This document shows, in pieces, positions 9,549 to 19,691 of a stretch of 64,000 nt of DNA (position 1 is the stretch's first letter; every line of letters starts with the position of its first letter). The position numbers were made by a program, and so were the translations under genes. Below the pieces are notes generated by a model. That model worked only from the letters and a program-made list of their open reading frames with translations. It had not been told where the DNA came from and searched no databases. This DNA is from Anaeromyxobacteraceae bacterium (GTDB lineage: Bacteria > Myxococcota > Myxococcia > Myxococcales > Anaeromyxobacteraceae): the NCBI GenBank assembly GCA_047602405.1, contig JASGHJ010000002.1:608001-672000 (forward strand). The letters run 5' to 3'.

Positions 9549-10319
9549 TCAGCGCGCGCGGGGGCGGCTGCGCGGGGCGCCCTTGCGAGCGTCGCCGGGC
9601 GCGCCCTTCCGGCCGCGGCCGGCGGCCGGCGCCGCGCCTCGGGGGCGCGGCACCGTCTTCCGCGCGAGGAAGATCACGTGGTGCGGCGACCCCGGGCCGT
9701 GCGCCTTCACCCGGCGTGCCTCGGCCTCGAGGCCGTGCCGCTGCAGCCGGGCGAGGTAGGCTTCGTCCGGCCCTGCGGACCAGACCGCGAGCACGCCGCC
9801 CGGGGCGAGCGCCGCCGCGCAGGCCTTGATCCCTCGGTCGGAGTAGAGCGAGGCGTTGGCGGCCTTCACGATGGGGGCGGCCCCGTTGTCGACGTCGAGG
9901 AGGATCGCGTCGTAGGCGCCCTTCGCCTCGCGGATGCGGCGGGCGACGTCGTCCACCTGGAGCCGCACGCGCGGGTCGTCGAGCGGTCGACCGGCGAGGT
10001 GCGCCACCGGGCCGCGGTTCCAGTCCACCACCGCCTGCGAGAGCTCGACGAGCACCACCTTCGCGTCGACAGGCAGCCGGTCGAGGAGCGCCCTGAGCGA
10101 GAAGCCGAGCCCGAGGCCGCCGAGCAGCACCGCGCGCCGCCGGTCGAGCTTCGCCAGCCCGAGCTCGGCGAGCGCGATCTCCGAGCCGTGGCTCCGGCTC
10201 GTCATGAGGATCCGGCCGCCGACCCGGAGCGCCCATTCGTCGCCGCGCCGCGCGAGCACGAGGTCGCCTTCGGGGAAGGGGTCGGTCGCGACCGTCTGCC
10301 AGGGGAGCATGGGGGCCAT
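9549..10319 (-). CDS. Spermidine synthase-like SAM-dependent methyltransferase
   Basis: VLLGGLGLGFSL, VVLVELS, YDAILLDVDNG, LAPGGVLAVWS. Start may be 10310. Confidence 0.8.
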   Translation of the reverse strand: MAPMLPWQTVATDPFPEGDLVLARRGDEWALRVGGRILMTSRSHGSEIALAELGLAKLDRRRAVLLGGLGLGFSLRALLDRLPVDAKVVLVELSQAVVDWNRGPVAHLAGRPLDDPRVRLQVDDVARRIREAKGAYDAILLDVDNGAAPIVKAANASLYSDRGIKACAAALAPGGVLAVWSAGPDEAYLARLQRHGLEAEARRVKAHGPGSPHHVIFLARKTVPRPRGAAPAAGRGRKGAPGDARKGAPRSRPRAR

Positions 10320-10414
10320 GGTGTACCCGACCCGGGCGCCGGGGGGAACCGCCCGCGGCGCCCGGGGCCCGGCCGGCTGCGCGCGAGGTCACGCACCGCC
10401 GCGGCGCGGCTCCG

Positions 10415-11419
10415 GTGAGGATGCCCCTCGCCGCCCTCGCCGCCGCCCTCCTCCTGGCCGCGCCCCCCGCCCCGCCGCTCCCGGCGGGCTCGCGCCTCGT
10501 GCCGGTCCGCGGCGCGTCGCTCCACGTCCGCACGCTCGGGGCGGACCACCCCGGCCCCGCGGTCGTGCTCCTCTCCGGCCCGACCGGCCACTGGCACGCC
10601 GACTCCGGGTGGTTCGCGCTGCTGCAGCCCCTGCTCGCGCGGAGCCACCGCGTGCACGCGATCGACCGGCCGGGCCAGGCGTTCTCGCCCCCCGCGGCGG
10701 ACGGCTCCTACCGCCGCCTCGGCGACGACCTCGCGGCGCTCCTGCCCGCGCTCGAGCGCGAGCCGGTGGTGGTGGTCGCGTTCGCGAGCGCGAACCTCGC
10801 GCTGCACCGCCTCCTCGCGGCCGGCGGTGCCCGGCACGTCCGGGCGGCGCTGCTCATCGACCCCGACGCGCTCCACCCCGACCTCGTCCGGTTCTACGCC
10901 GACCAGGCGCAGCCGTTCGCGGACCAGGCGGCGCTCCGGGCGTACGTCGAGGCGGGGAAGTACGACGCCCGCGCGGAGGGGTTCCGGACGGAGGAGCTGC
11001 GCGAGGTGCGCGCGATGGTCCCGGCGGAGGTCGCGGCCGCCATGGACTGGCCCTACTACGAGGCGGTGGCCCGCCTGCGCGCGGACCGCGCGCACGTGCT
11101 CGCCCGCTTCGCCGAGACCGCGCGCTACGGCGAGGACGTGGAGGCGGCCGCCGCGGTGCCGTGGCCGGCCGGGGTGCCGGTGTGGAGCCTCGACACGGAC
11201 TTCGAGGCGGCGGACGCCGCGCGGGCACGGGACCCGGCCGAGCGCGCGAAGCTCGAGCGCTGGCGGGCGCTCTCCACGGCCTTCATGGCCGGGCTCCCCG
11301 GCGGCTGCCGGATCGCGTCGACCTCGCAGGAGCACCTGGCGGTCGTGGCGGAGGCACCGCGGGTCGCGGCGCTCGTCGAGGGGCTCCTCGGCGAGGCGCC
11401 GTGCCCCGCCCGGCCCTGA
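10415..11419 (+). CDS. Secreted alpha/beta hydrolase fold protein
   Basis: Signal peptide, VHAIDRPGQAFS, VVVAFASAN at the nucleophile elbow, LLIDP. Confidence 0.7.
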   Translation: MRMPLAALAAALLLAAPPAPPLPAGSRLVPVRGASLHVRTLGADHPGPAVVLLSGPTGHWHADSGWFALLQPLLARSHRVHAIDRPGQAFSPPAADGSYRRLGDDLAALLPALEREPVVVVAFASANLALHRLLAAGGARHVRAALLIDPDALHPDLVRFYADQAQPFADQAALRAYVEAGKYDARAEGFRTEELREVRAMVPAEVAAAMDWPYYEAVARLRADRAHVLARFAETARYGEDVEAAAAVPWPAGVPVWSLDTDFEAADAARARDPAERAKLERWRALSTAFMAGLPGGCRIASTSQEHLAVVAEAPRVAALVEGLLGEAPCPARP

Positions 11420-11427
11420 GGGCCCGC

Positions 11428-12597
11428 TCAGCGCCGCGGCCCGAGCGCTCCGCGCAGCCGCTCGAGCGCGACCGCGAGCTCCGCCGGCGGCACCGCCGTG
11501 AAGCAGACGCGGATCGAGCGGCCGAAGTCCTTGCCGCACGCCGTGCCGGGGGTGACGAGCACGCCCGCCGCGAGGCAGCGCTCGAGGAGCGCGTCGAGCG
11601 GCTCGTCCGGCGCGAGCCAGGGCGAGGCGTCGACGAAGAGGAAGGTCCCGGCCTCGGGCGCGGGGATGCCGAACACCGCGGCGGCGGCGCGGCCGGCGGC
11701 GGCGTACTCGGCGCGGGCCTCGGCGAGCCAGGGGTCGCCCGCCTCGAGCGCGCGGGCCGCCGCGAGCTGCATGGGCCGGGAGGCGCAGTAGTGGAGGAAG
11801 GTCTGCACGCCGCGGATGGCCCCCATGGCGGCCGGGGGCCCGAAGGTCCAGCCCACCCGGGCGCCCGCGAGCGCGTGGGACTTCGAGACCGTGGTGGTCA
11901 CGATCGTCCGGTCGAGGAGGTCCTCGCGGAGCCAGGAGGGCCGGGCGCGCGCGACGTACACGAGCTCGTCGTAGGCCCCGTCGGCGAGCACCCACAGGTC
12001 GTGACGGCGGGCCACCCGAGCGATCGCGTCGAGCGTGCCGGCGTCGAGCACGCGGCCGGTCGGGTTGTGCGGGTCGTTCAGGTAGAGCGCGGCGGTGCGC
12101 GGCGTGATCGCGCGCTCGAGCGCCGCCTCGGCGTCGAAGCCCGGCTCGCCGAGCCGGGTCCAGAACGGCACCTCCACGGCGCGCGCGCCGCGGCTCGTGG
12201 TGATGCCGCGGATGAGCGGCCAGAACGGCGCCGGGAGCAGGAGCTCCTCGCCGGGGTCGAGGAGCGCCGTGACGATCGTCGCGAAGCCGCCGGTCGCGCC
12301 GGGCATGATCTGGAGCTGCCCGTCGCCGAGGGAGAGCCCGTGGCGCGCGAGGAGCCGGCGGCGCACCGCCTCGAGCAGCGCCGGCTCGCCGCCCACCGGC
12401 GCGTACGCGTGCAGCCTCGGGTGGTCGGCCGCCCGCTGGTCCTCGGCGCGCGCGCCGGCGGGCGGCGGCCGGTAGGTGTCGCCGACGTGGAGCGGGAAGA
12501 CCGGGCCGGGCAGGCTCCGCGCGCGCTCGACGAGCGCGCTGTAGACACGGTCGGAGAGGCCCTGGGCGTGGGGCGAGGTCGCGGGGGCGCGGGGCAC
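11428..12597 (-). CDS. PLP-dependent aminotransferase class I/II
   Basis: LNDPHNPTG, VLADGAY, TVSKSHALAGARVGW. Confidence 0.9.
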   Translation of the reverse strand: MPRAPATSPHAQGLSDRVYSALVERARSLPGPVFPLHVGDTYRPPPAGARAEDQRAADHPRLHAYAPVGGEPALLEAVRRRLLARHGLSLGDGQLQIMPGATGGFATIVTALLDPGEELLLPAPFWPLIRGITTSRGARAVEVPFWTRLGEPGFDAEAALERAITPRTAALYLNDPHNPTGRVLDAGTLDAIARVARRHDLWVLADGAYDELVYVARARPSWLREDLLDRTIVTTTVSKSHALAGARVGWTFGPPAAMGAIRGVQTFLHYCASRPMQLAAARALEAGDPWLAEARAEYAAAGRAAAAVFGIPAPEAGTFLFVDASPWLAPDEPLDALLERCLAAGVLVTPGTACGKDFGRSIRVCFTAVPPAELAVALERLRGALGPRR

Positions 12598-12630
12598 GGC
12601 GACGAGGATACGCGCGCCCCGCGCCGCGGC

Positions 12631-13479
12631 TCAATTCCTCAGGCCGATCCAGACGGTCCCGAGGCGGGCCCGGCCGGAGCCGTCCGACCCGAGGAGGTCC
12701 TGGTAGAGGAGGCTCGCGCCCACCTCGAGGTGCCCGGTCGCGGAGACCGAGGCGGCGAGGAGGAGCGGGACCGCGTAGCGGTCGCCGAAGTTGCCGACCT
12801 GCGGGTCGAGCTCCGCCTGGTAGGCGAGCCCGGCCGTCACCGCGAGCATGGGCAACAGCTGCAGCGTGAGCGTGGCGGGCGCGGAGAGGAAGTCGCGGTT
12901 CGAGGTCACCGGGCCCGGGAACACGAGCTGGTACGCGGCGCCGGAGACCGGGAAGGCGAGCGCGTTCCGGCGCTGGCGCGCGTCGCGGTCGTTGAGGCCG
13001 AACGTGACCGAGGGCGAGAAGCCGACCGAGACGAACGGGCCGCGGAGCTTCACGGTCACGCCGGCCTCGCCGGACCAGGCGGCGTCGTCCTGCGACGCGA
13101 TGGGCGCGGCGTTCACGGCGAGGCGCAGCGCGAGGTCGGAGCCCTCGGAGCGGCCCAGCCCGACGAGCACCTCCGCCGAGGCGTCGTTGTAGGTCCGCGA
13201 GCAGCCCCGGTCGCTGCCGCCGAGGCAGATGCCCGCGAGGTGCCGGATGCCGACGGTGAGCCCGTCGGCGACGCCGAAGTAGACGCCGGGGTGCAGCAGG
13301 AACGGTTCGCCCACCTCGCCCGAGGCGAGGTTCGCGGTGAGCGGCACCCACGCCTCGATCGCGCCACCCGGGAGCGTGGCGCCCCGCTGGGTGACGCGCG
13401 GGTCGTCGTCGAAGGCGCGCGCAGGCGCGGCGGTGGCGAGGAGCGTGAGGGCGGCGAGCCCTGCGGCGAGCTTGGTCAT
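12631..13479 (-). CDS. Hypothetical exported protein, probably outer-membrane beta-barrel
   Basis: Signal peptide (ARA/F), alternating beta-strand pattern, ends VWIGLRN. Confidence 0.65.
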   Translation of the reverse strand: MTKLAAGLAALTLLATAAPARAFDDDPRVTQRGATLPGGAIEAWVPLTANLASGEVGEPFLLHPGVYFGVADGLTVGIRHLAGICLGGSDRGCSRTYNDASAEVLVGLGRSEGSDLALRLAVNAAPIASQDDAAWSGEAGVTVKLRGPFVSVGFSPSVTFGLNDRDARQRRNALAFPVSGAAYQLVFPGPVTSNRDFLSAPATLTLQLLPMLAVTAGLAYQAELDPQVGNFGDRYAVPLLLAASVSATGHLEVGASLLYQDLLGSDGSGRARLGTVWIGLRN

Positions 13480-13667
13480 GTGGTCCCCCCGGCGCCGGCA
13501 CGTGCCGGCGCCCCCGGGGGAAAGGTGCGGACGGCCCGGCCGGGAAGCGAGGCTGTCCGGTTCCCGTGGCGGCGCCGGCGCGCGGCGGCGATAATGGCGA
13601 CCCTGCGCAGGGTCGCTCGGACGGGTCGTCGAAGTCGAGGCCGGGCGCCGGAGAGGGAGGGGGAGGC

Positions 13668-14537
13668 GTGAACGAAGGCGGCGGGAAGCGGCGCTCGTAC
13701 CTCGCCGCGGCGTTCGCCGCGCGCCCCTTCGGCATGCCCGTGCCGCCGCACCTCTTCGGCGTCGCGGCGTTCGGCCTGCTCGGCGCCGCCCTCTCGCCGG
13801 GCTTCTGGCTCATCGGCGCGGGCGCCGAGATCGCCTACCTCTGGGCCGTCTCCCGGAACGGCCGGTTCCGCGCGCACGTGGACGGCCTCGCCGCCGCCGG
13901 GGGCGCGACCGAGGCCTGGGAGCGGGAGCGGACGGCCGCGCTCGCCCGGCTCGACCCGGCCGCCCGCCGCCAGCAGGACGAGCTCGAGGATCGCTGCGCC
14001 GAGGTGCTCGAGGCGCTGCGGGCGAGCCCCGGCTCCGACCTCCAGGCGGAGAGCCTCTCGCAGCTCGCCTGGCTCCACCTGCGCCTGCTCGTCGCCCGCT
14101 CGGCGCTCGCCCGCGTGGTCGAGGAGGCGCGCCGCGACGCGCCGGAGCTCGCCCGGCAGGCCGAGCGGCTCACCGCCCGCCTGAAGGACCCGGGCCTCGA
14201 CCGCGCGCTCCGCCAGAGCCTCGAGGACCAGGCGGCGGTGATCGGCCAGCGGCAGGCGGCGCACGCCCAGGCGGTGCCGCGCCTCGAGCGCGCCGACGCC
14301 GAGCTGTCCCGCATCTCCCACCAGGTCGCGCTCGTGCGCGACCAGATCCTGCTCGCCGCCGGCGACGACGGCGCCGGCAGGGCCGTCGACGGCCTCGCGG
14401 CCACGCTCGACCAGGCCGGCGAGTGGATGCGCGAGGAGCAGGAGCTCCTCGGCGGCCTCGACCTCACCACCGCGCCGTCCCCGGAGCGCCTGCTCGCGCG
14501 CCGCCGGGCGGGCGCAGCGACCGGAGCACGTCCATGA
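13668..14537 (+). CDS. Hypothetical membrane protein with coiled-coil C-terminus
   Basis: GTG after GGAGG, N-terminal hydrophobic hairpin, helical tail, ATGA overlap with the next gene. Confidence 0.75.
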   Translation: MNEGGGKRRSYLAAAFAARPFGMPVPPHLFGVAAFGLLGAALSPGFWLIGAGAEIAYLWAVSRNGRFRAHVDGLAAAGGATEAWERERTAALARLDPAARRQQDELEDRCAEVLEALRASPGSDLQAESLSQLAWLHLRLLVARSALARVVEEARRDAPELARQAERLTARLKDPGLDRALRQSLEDQAAVIGQRQAAHAQAVPRLERADAELSRISHQVALVRDQILLAAGDDGAGRAVDGLAATLDQAGEWMREEQELLGGLDLTTAPSPERLLARRRAGAATGARP

Positions 14538-16204
14538 TCCTGCGAAAGCCCCGCGGCAGCGCCGCCGGCAACGTCCTCACGCTCCTGCTCGTCCTCGCGC
14601 TCGTCGGCCTCGGGGCCTGGCTCGTGCTGAGGAAGCCCGCCGCCGGGCCGGCCGGGGCCCCCGCCGAGGAGGCCGGGCCCGTGGCGCCGAAGGGCTCGAC
14701 GCCCCAGCCCATCGAGCCGGTCACCGGGCCCCCGCAGCTCGCGGCGCCCGCCGCCTACGAGCCGAAGAACGGCGTCGTCGAGGTCGACATCTCAGAGTAC
14801 GCGGGCTACGGCGGGCTCATCGTCGCGAACGGCGGGATGAACCCGAACCCGGACTCGTTCTTCGCGAGGACCTACGGCTTCCAGGTGAAGCTCACCCGCA
14901 GCGAAGGCGAGACCTGGTCGCCGCTCAACAACGGGCGCTTCGCGGCGATCGGCACCACCACCGACACCCTCGCCGTGCTCGGCCGGCCCTTCCAGGCCGT
15001 GGTGCCGGTGCAGATCGGGTGGTCGCGCGGCGCCGACATGGTGGTCGTGGACCAGGGCATCGCCACCGTGAACGCGCTCGCGGGCAAGGTGCTCGCCGCC
15101 TCGCAGTACAACGAGGCCGAGTTCTTCGTCCGCTACCTCGCCCGCGAGGCGGGGCTGCCGGTGAAGGTGCTCCGGGACCTCGACGCCCGCCCCGACCGCG
15201 GCGAGCTCGGGCTCGTGTTCTACGAGGACGCCTTCAAGGCCTGCGACGCCTACCAGTTCGAGCTCGCCGGGAAGCACCGGCTGGCCGGCTGCGTGGGCTG
15301 GTCGCCGCGCACCGACGAGGTGGTCGCCGCCTCGAAGGGCGCGGCGAAGGTGCTCGTCTCGAACCGCAACCTGCTCGTGATCGCGGACGTGCTCGCCGTG
15401 AACAAGGCCTTCGCCGAGAAGCACCCGGACATGGTGAAGGGGCTCGTACACGGCCTCCTCGAGGGCAACCGGCGCCTGCGCGACGAGCCCGCCCAGCACC
15501 TCGCGGTGGTGCAGAAGGCCTTCGGCTGGAGCGACGCCGACGCGAGGGAGGAGCTCGCGAAGGTCCACCTCGCGAACTACCCCGAGAACCGCGCCTTCTT
15601 CGAGGGCACCATCGACGCCGCGGGGTCGTTCGGCGGCATCTTCCAGGCGGCGGTGCTCGCCTACGGGCCCCTCATCCCGAACCCGACCGACGCGACCCGC
15701 TTCGCGTGGCCGCGCGCGCTCGACGAGCTCGGGAAGGCCGGCCTGTTCAGGGAGCAGAAGATCGCCATCGCGCCCATCCGCACCGGCGCGAGCGGCACCG
15801 TGGAGGGTGACCCGCTCCTCAAGAAGGACATCCGCTTCTTCTTCGAGCCCAACTCCGCGAAGCTCGACCAGGCGGAGAAGCGGAACCTCGACTACCTCGA
15901 CACGGTGAAGGGCTTCCTGCAGGTCTCGCCCGGCTCGATCGTGGTGCTGCGCGGCCACGTCGACAACGGCCGGGTGGAGACCTTCCGCCAGCAGGGCGGC
16001 AAGGAGCTCGTCGACGCCATGGCGCTGAAGGCGATGGAGCTCTCGCGCCAGCGGGCGCTCGCGGTCAAGCAGGCCCTGCTCACCCGCCACCCGAAGCTGC
16101 CGGCCGATCGCGTGGAGGCGGTGGGGCGCGGCTGGGAGGAGCCGGCGGGCCCGGACCCGGACCTCAACCGCCGGGTCGAGGTCCAGTGGTTCACGGTGGA
16201 GTGA
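14534..16204 (+). CDS. NMT1/THI5-like substrate-binding domain plus C-terminal OmpA-like domain
   Basis: N-terminal membrane anchor, YAGYGGLIVANGG, WSRGAD, then FFEPNSAKL, GHVD, LSRQRALAV, NRRVEV. Confidence 0.8.
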   Translation: MILRKPRGSAAGNVLTLLLVLALVGLGAWLVLRKPAAGPAGAPAEEAGPVAPKGSTPQPIEPVTGPPQLAAPAAYEPKNGVVEVDISEYAGYGGLIVANGGMNPNPDSFFARTYGFQVKLTRSEGETWSPLNNGRFAAIGTTTDTLAVLGRPFQAVVPVQIGWSRGADMVVVDQGIATVNALAGKVLAASQYNEAEFFVRYLAREAGLPVKVLRDLDARPDRGELGLVFYEDAFKACDAYQFELAGKHRLAGCVGWSPRTDEVVAASKGAAKVLVSNRNLLVIADVLAVNKAFAEKHPDMVKGLVHGLLEGNRRLRDEPAQHLAVVQKAFGWSDADAREELAKVHLANYPENRAFFEGTIDAAGSFGGIFQAAVLAYGPLIPNPTDATRFAWPRALDELGKAGLFREQKIAIAPIRTGASGTVEGDPLLKKDIRFFFEPNSAKLDQAEKRNLDYLDTVKGFLQVSPGSIVVLRGHVDNGRVETFRQQGGKELVDAMALKAMELSRQRALAVKQALLTRHPKLPADRVEAVGRGWEEPAGPDPDLNRRVEVQWFTVE

Positions 16205-16209
16205 GGGGC

Positions 16210-17625
16210 TCAGCGGCGCCGCTTGCCGCCCCACGAGCCGACGAGCTTCGGCTTCCCGCCGCCGCCCGCCCCCGCGCCTCCGGAGCCGCCGGCGTGGCCG
16301 CCGCCGGACGCCGGCGCGTGACCGCCGCCGGAGGAGGACGGGCGGTGACCGCCGCCCCCGCCGCGTGCGTTGTGCGCGGCCGCGCGGCGCCGGTTCCGGT
16401 TCATGCCCGCGGGGCGGGCGTGCGGCCCCGGGTCCGCCGCGTTCGCCGCGGCCCGCGCGAGCTCGGTCCTGAAGATCTCGCGGTCGCGGGGGACCTCGGC
16501 GCGCGGCAGCTGCCGGCGGGTGAGCTTCTCGATGTCCCGGAGCTGGTCGGCCTCCTCGGGCGAGGCGAACGACGAGGCCCGGCCGGAGGCGTCCATGCGC
16601 GCGGTGCGTCCGACCCGGTGCACGTAGTCCTCCGGCACGTGGGGCAGGTCGAAGTTCACCACGTGGCCGATCTCGGCGACGTCGATGCCGCGGGCGGCGA
16701 TGTCGGTCGCGACGAGCACACGGTACTGGCCGGAGCGGAAGCCCTCGAGCGCCTGCTTGCGCTGGCCCTGGCTCCGGTCGGCGTGGATGCGGGTGACCTT
16801 GTGCCCCGCGCGGTCGAGCGCCTTCGCGACCTTGTCGGCGCGCCGCTTCGTGCGCGTGAAGACGAGGGTGGAGAGGCCGTCCTCCTCGAGAAGCGCGAGC
16901 AGGAGCGGCAGCTTCTCGGTGGCCGTGGCGAGGAAGACCCGCTGGTCGGCGCGCTCGGCCGTGGTGCCGCTCCGGTTCATCTCGACCATGACCGGGGCCT
17001 TGAGGTGCGTCTTCGCGAACTCGCCCACCTCGCCCGCCATGGTCGCGGAGAAGAGGAGGGTCTGCCGGACCTTCGGCACCCGCTGCAGGATCCGGGTGAG
17101 CTGGGGCTTGAACCCCATGTCGAGCATCCGGTCGGCCTCGTCGAGGACCAGCACCTCGAGCCGGTCGAGCTTCGCGTTCCCCTGCGCGAGGTGATCCACG
17201 AGCCGTCCCGGGGTCGCGATGACGACCTCGTGGTGCTTGAGCTCGTCCGCCTGGCGGGCCATGCCGACGCCGCCGATCACGACGGCGCCGCGCACGGCGC
17301 CACCGGCGGCGGCGCCCCGCGCCGGCTGCCGGCCGCGGGCGAACCGGTCGAGCTGGTCGGCGATCTGCAGCGCGAGCTCGCGGGTGGGGGCGAGCACGAG
17401 CGCCCGCGGGCCGACGTGGTGGTGCGGGTTCGTCGCGAGCCGCTCGACGATCGGGAGGAGGAAGGCGGCGGTCTTCCCGGTGCCGGTGGCCGCGATGCCG
17501 ATCACGTCCTTGCCGGCGAGGGCGGGCGGGATGGCCTGGGCCTGGATGGGCGTGGGGTGCTCGAAGCCGGCCTTGTCGAGGGCGTCGAGGGTCTTCGGAG
17601 AGAGGCCGAGGGAGGCGAAGCTCAT
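16210..17625 (-). CDS. DEAD-box RNA helicase (RhlE-like)
   Basis: Q motif PTPIQ, ATGTGKT, PTRELA, DEAD, SAT, ARGID, HRVGRTAR. Confidence 0.95.
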   Translation of the reverse strand: MSFASLGLSPKTLDALDKAGFEHPTPIQAQAIPPALAGKDVIGIAATGTGKTAAFLLPIVERLATNPHHHVGPRALVLAPTRELALQIADQLDRFARGRQPARGAAAGGAVRGAVVIGGVGMARQADELKHHEVVIATPGRLVDHLAQGNAKLDRLEVLVLDEADRMLDMGFKPQLTRILQRVPKVRQTLLFSATMAGEVGEFAKTHLKAPVMVEMNRSGTTAERADQRVFLATATEKLPLLLALLEEDGLSTLVFTRTKRRADKVAKALDRAGHKVTRIHADRSQGQRKQALEGFRSGQYRVLVATDIAARGIDVAEIGHVVNFDLPHVPEDYVHRVGRTARMDASGRASSFASPEEADQLRDIEKLTRRQLPRAEVPRDREIFRTELARAAANAADPGPHARPAGMNRNRRRAAAHNARGGGGGHRPSSSGGGHAPASGGGHAGGSGGAGAGGGGKPKLVGSWGGKRRR

Positions 17626-17658
17626 GCGGGGCGCACCCTACACGATATAGAAGGGGGC

Positions 17659-18117
17659 GTGTCGAAGGCCTTCACGAGCGAGGAGACCCCGGACCTCGGC
17701 CCCGTGGTCCGCGTGCCGCCGCGGCTCGCGCCGGGCGAGGTGCGGTACGTGACGCCCGAGGGGCAGGCGGCGCTGCGGCGCGAGCTCGCGACGCTCCCGG
17801 CGAACGATCCGCGCGCCGCGGTGGTGGAGCGGACGCTCGCGGCGCTGACCGTGCTCGGCCCCGAGGCCGCGCCGGAGGGCAGGGTGGGCTTCGGCACCTG
17901 GGTCGAGGTCGAGGACGCCGCGGGCCTGCGGAAGCTCTACCGGCTCGTCGGACCCGACGAGGCCGACCCGCGCCGCGGGCTCGTGTCGGTGCACGCCCCG
18001 GTCGGCGCGGCGCTGCTCGGCCGCGAGGTGGACGACGCCGTCGAGGTGGACCTCCCCGGCGGACGCGCGGAGTACACCGTGATCGCCGTGCACCGGGCCG
18101 CCCCTCCCGAGCGCTGA
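17659..18117 (+). CDS. GreA/GreB family transcription elongation factor
   Basis: VSKAFTSEE, YVTPEG, VGFGTWV, YRLVGPDEADP, VSVHAPVGAALLG. Tail of ORF 16186..18117. Confidence 0.85.
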   Translation: MSKAFTSEETPDLGPVVRVPPRLAPGEVRYVTPEGQAALRRELATLPANDPRAAVVERTLAALTVLGPEAAPEGRVGFGTWVEVEDAAGLRKLYRLVGPDEADPRRGLVSVHAPVGAALLGREVDDAVEVDLPGGRAEYTVIAVHRAAPPER

Positions 18118-18247
18118 AGGGGCCGGGGACCCGTGCGCGGCGCCGCGCGCCCCGGATGAGCGCGCAGGGCGCCTCATGGGGCCTTGCGCCCGTCTCGCCG
18201 CTTCGGACCGAGCCTTCTGCTAGACCAAGGCAGAGAGGAAGAGCGCC

Positions 18248-19691
18248 ATGACCGCGCCCCATGCGCCCGATCGACGGCTCCGCACCGGCATCGCCGGGCT
18301 CGACGACGTGCTCGGCGGCGGCTTCCCGTCGCCGCGCATCTACCTCGTGCAGGGGGACCCCGGGGCCGGGAAGACCACGCTCTGCCTCCAGTTCCTCCTC
18401 GAGGGGCGCCGGGAGGGCGAGCGCACCCTGTACGTCTCGCTCTCCGAGTCGCGGGAGGAGCTCGAGCACACCGCGTCGGCGCACGGCTGGTCCCTGGAGG
18501 GCGTCGACGTGCTCGAGATCCCGAGCGACGGGGCGGCGGACGAGGCCGACAGCACGTTCTACACGCCCTCGGAGGTGGAGCTCGGGCGCCGCATGGAGGC
18601 GATCCTGCGGGAGGTGGACGCGCTCCGCCCGACCCGGATCGTGCTCGACTCCTGCTCCGAGCTGCGCCTGCTCGCGGAGGGGCCGCTCCGGTACCGCCGC
18701 CGAGATCCTCGCGCTCAAGCACCGGCTCACCGCGCTCGGGTGCACGATCCTCCTCATCGACAACCCGCAGCCCGGCGACCCGGACATGCTCCTGCAGAGC
18801 CTCGTCCACGGCGTCATCACGATGGAGCAGCTCTCGCCGCTGTACGGCGCCGAGCGGCGCCGCCTCCGGATCGCGAAGCTCCGCGGCATCCGCTACCGCG
18901 GCGGCTACCACGACTTCACCATCGCGGCGGGCGGCCTGCGCGTCTTCCCCAGGCTCGTGGCGGCAGAGCACCACACGGGCTTCGAGGCCGGGGCGGTCCA
19001 GAGCGGGGTGCCGGCCCTCGACGCGCTCTTCGGCGGCGGGCCGGATCGCGGCTCGAGCCTCCTCCTCATCGGCCCGTCCGGCTGCGGCAAGTCCACCGTG
19101 GCGTTCCACTACGCCGCCGCCGCCGCCACGCGGGGGGAGCGGGCGGCGGTCTTCTCGTTCGACGAGAGCGCCACGGCCTTCCGGGCACGGGCGGCGTCGC
19201 TCGGGCTCGGCCTCGAGGCGCACGTCCTCGACGGCCGCGTCGCGGTGCGGCAGGTCGATCCGGCCGAGCTCTCGCCCGGCGAGTTCTCCCACGCCGTGCG
19301 CGAGGAGGCCGAGACGGGCGGCGCGCGCGTCGTGGTGATCGACAGCCTCAACGGCTACCTCAACGCCATGCCGGAAGAGCGCTTCCTCGCGCTCCAGCTC
19401 CACGAGCTGCTCATGTACCTCGCGCAGCGCGGCGTCCTGACCGTGCTCACCGTCGCGCAGACGGGCCTGGCGGGCGCGCCGGGCGAGTCGCCGGTGGACG
19501 TGAGCTACCTCGCCGACTCCGTGCTGCTGTTCCGCTACGGGCGGCCCGAGCGCCGGGTCGTGAAGACCCTTTCGGTCGTGAAGAAGCGCACCGGCGTTCA
19601 CGCCACCACCCTCCACGAGCTCACGCTCGACGGCGGCCTCCGGATCGGGCCCCCGCTCGACCGGTCCGAGGCCGGGGGAGTCCAGGATTGA
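18248..19691 (+). CDS. KaiC-like double RecA-fold ATPase, frameshift near 18701
   Basis: N-half TGIAGLDDVLGGG, GDPGAGKTT in frame 18248. Continues EILALK...GPSGCGKST, VIDSLNGY, KKRTG in frame 18261 after an extra C. Confidence 0.88.

Noticed and set aside
9934..13813. Very long ORFs (1245 aa +, 1203 aa -) and similar ones, e.g. 26590..30324 and 37061..40756
   Set aside because: Arg/Pro/Gly-rich shadow or antisense frames of recognisable genes, expected at this GC content.
18690..18710. Programmed ribosomal frameshifting or true pseudogenes as the cause of broken genes
   Set aside because: No slippery heptamers, the genes are otherwise intact, and the same indel contexts recur, favouring sequencing error.
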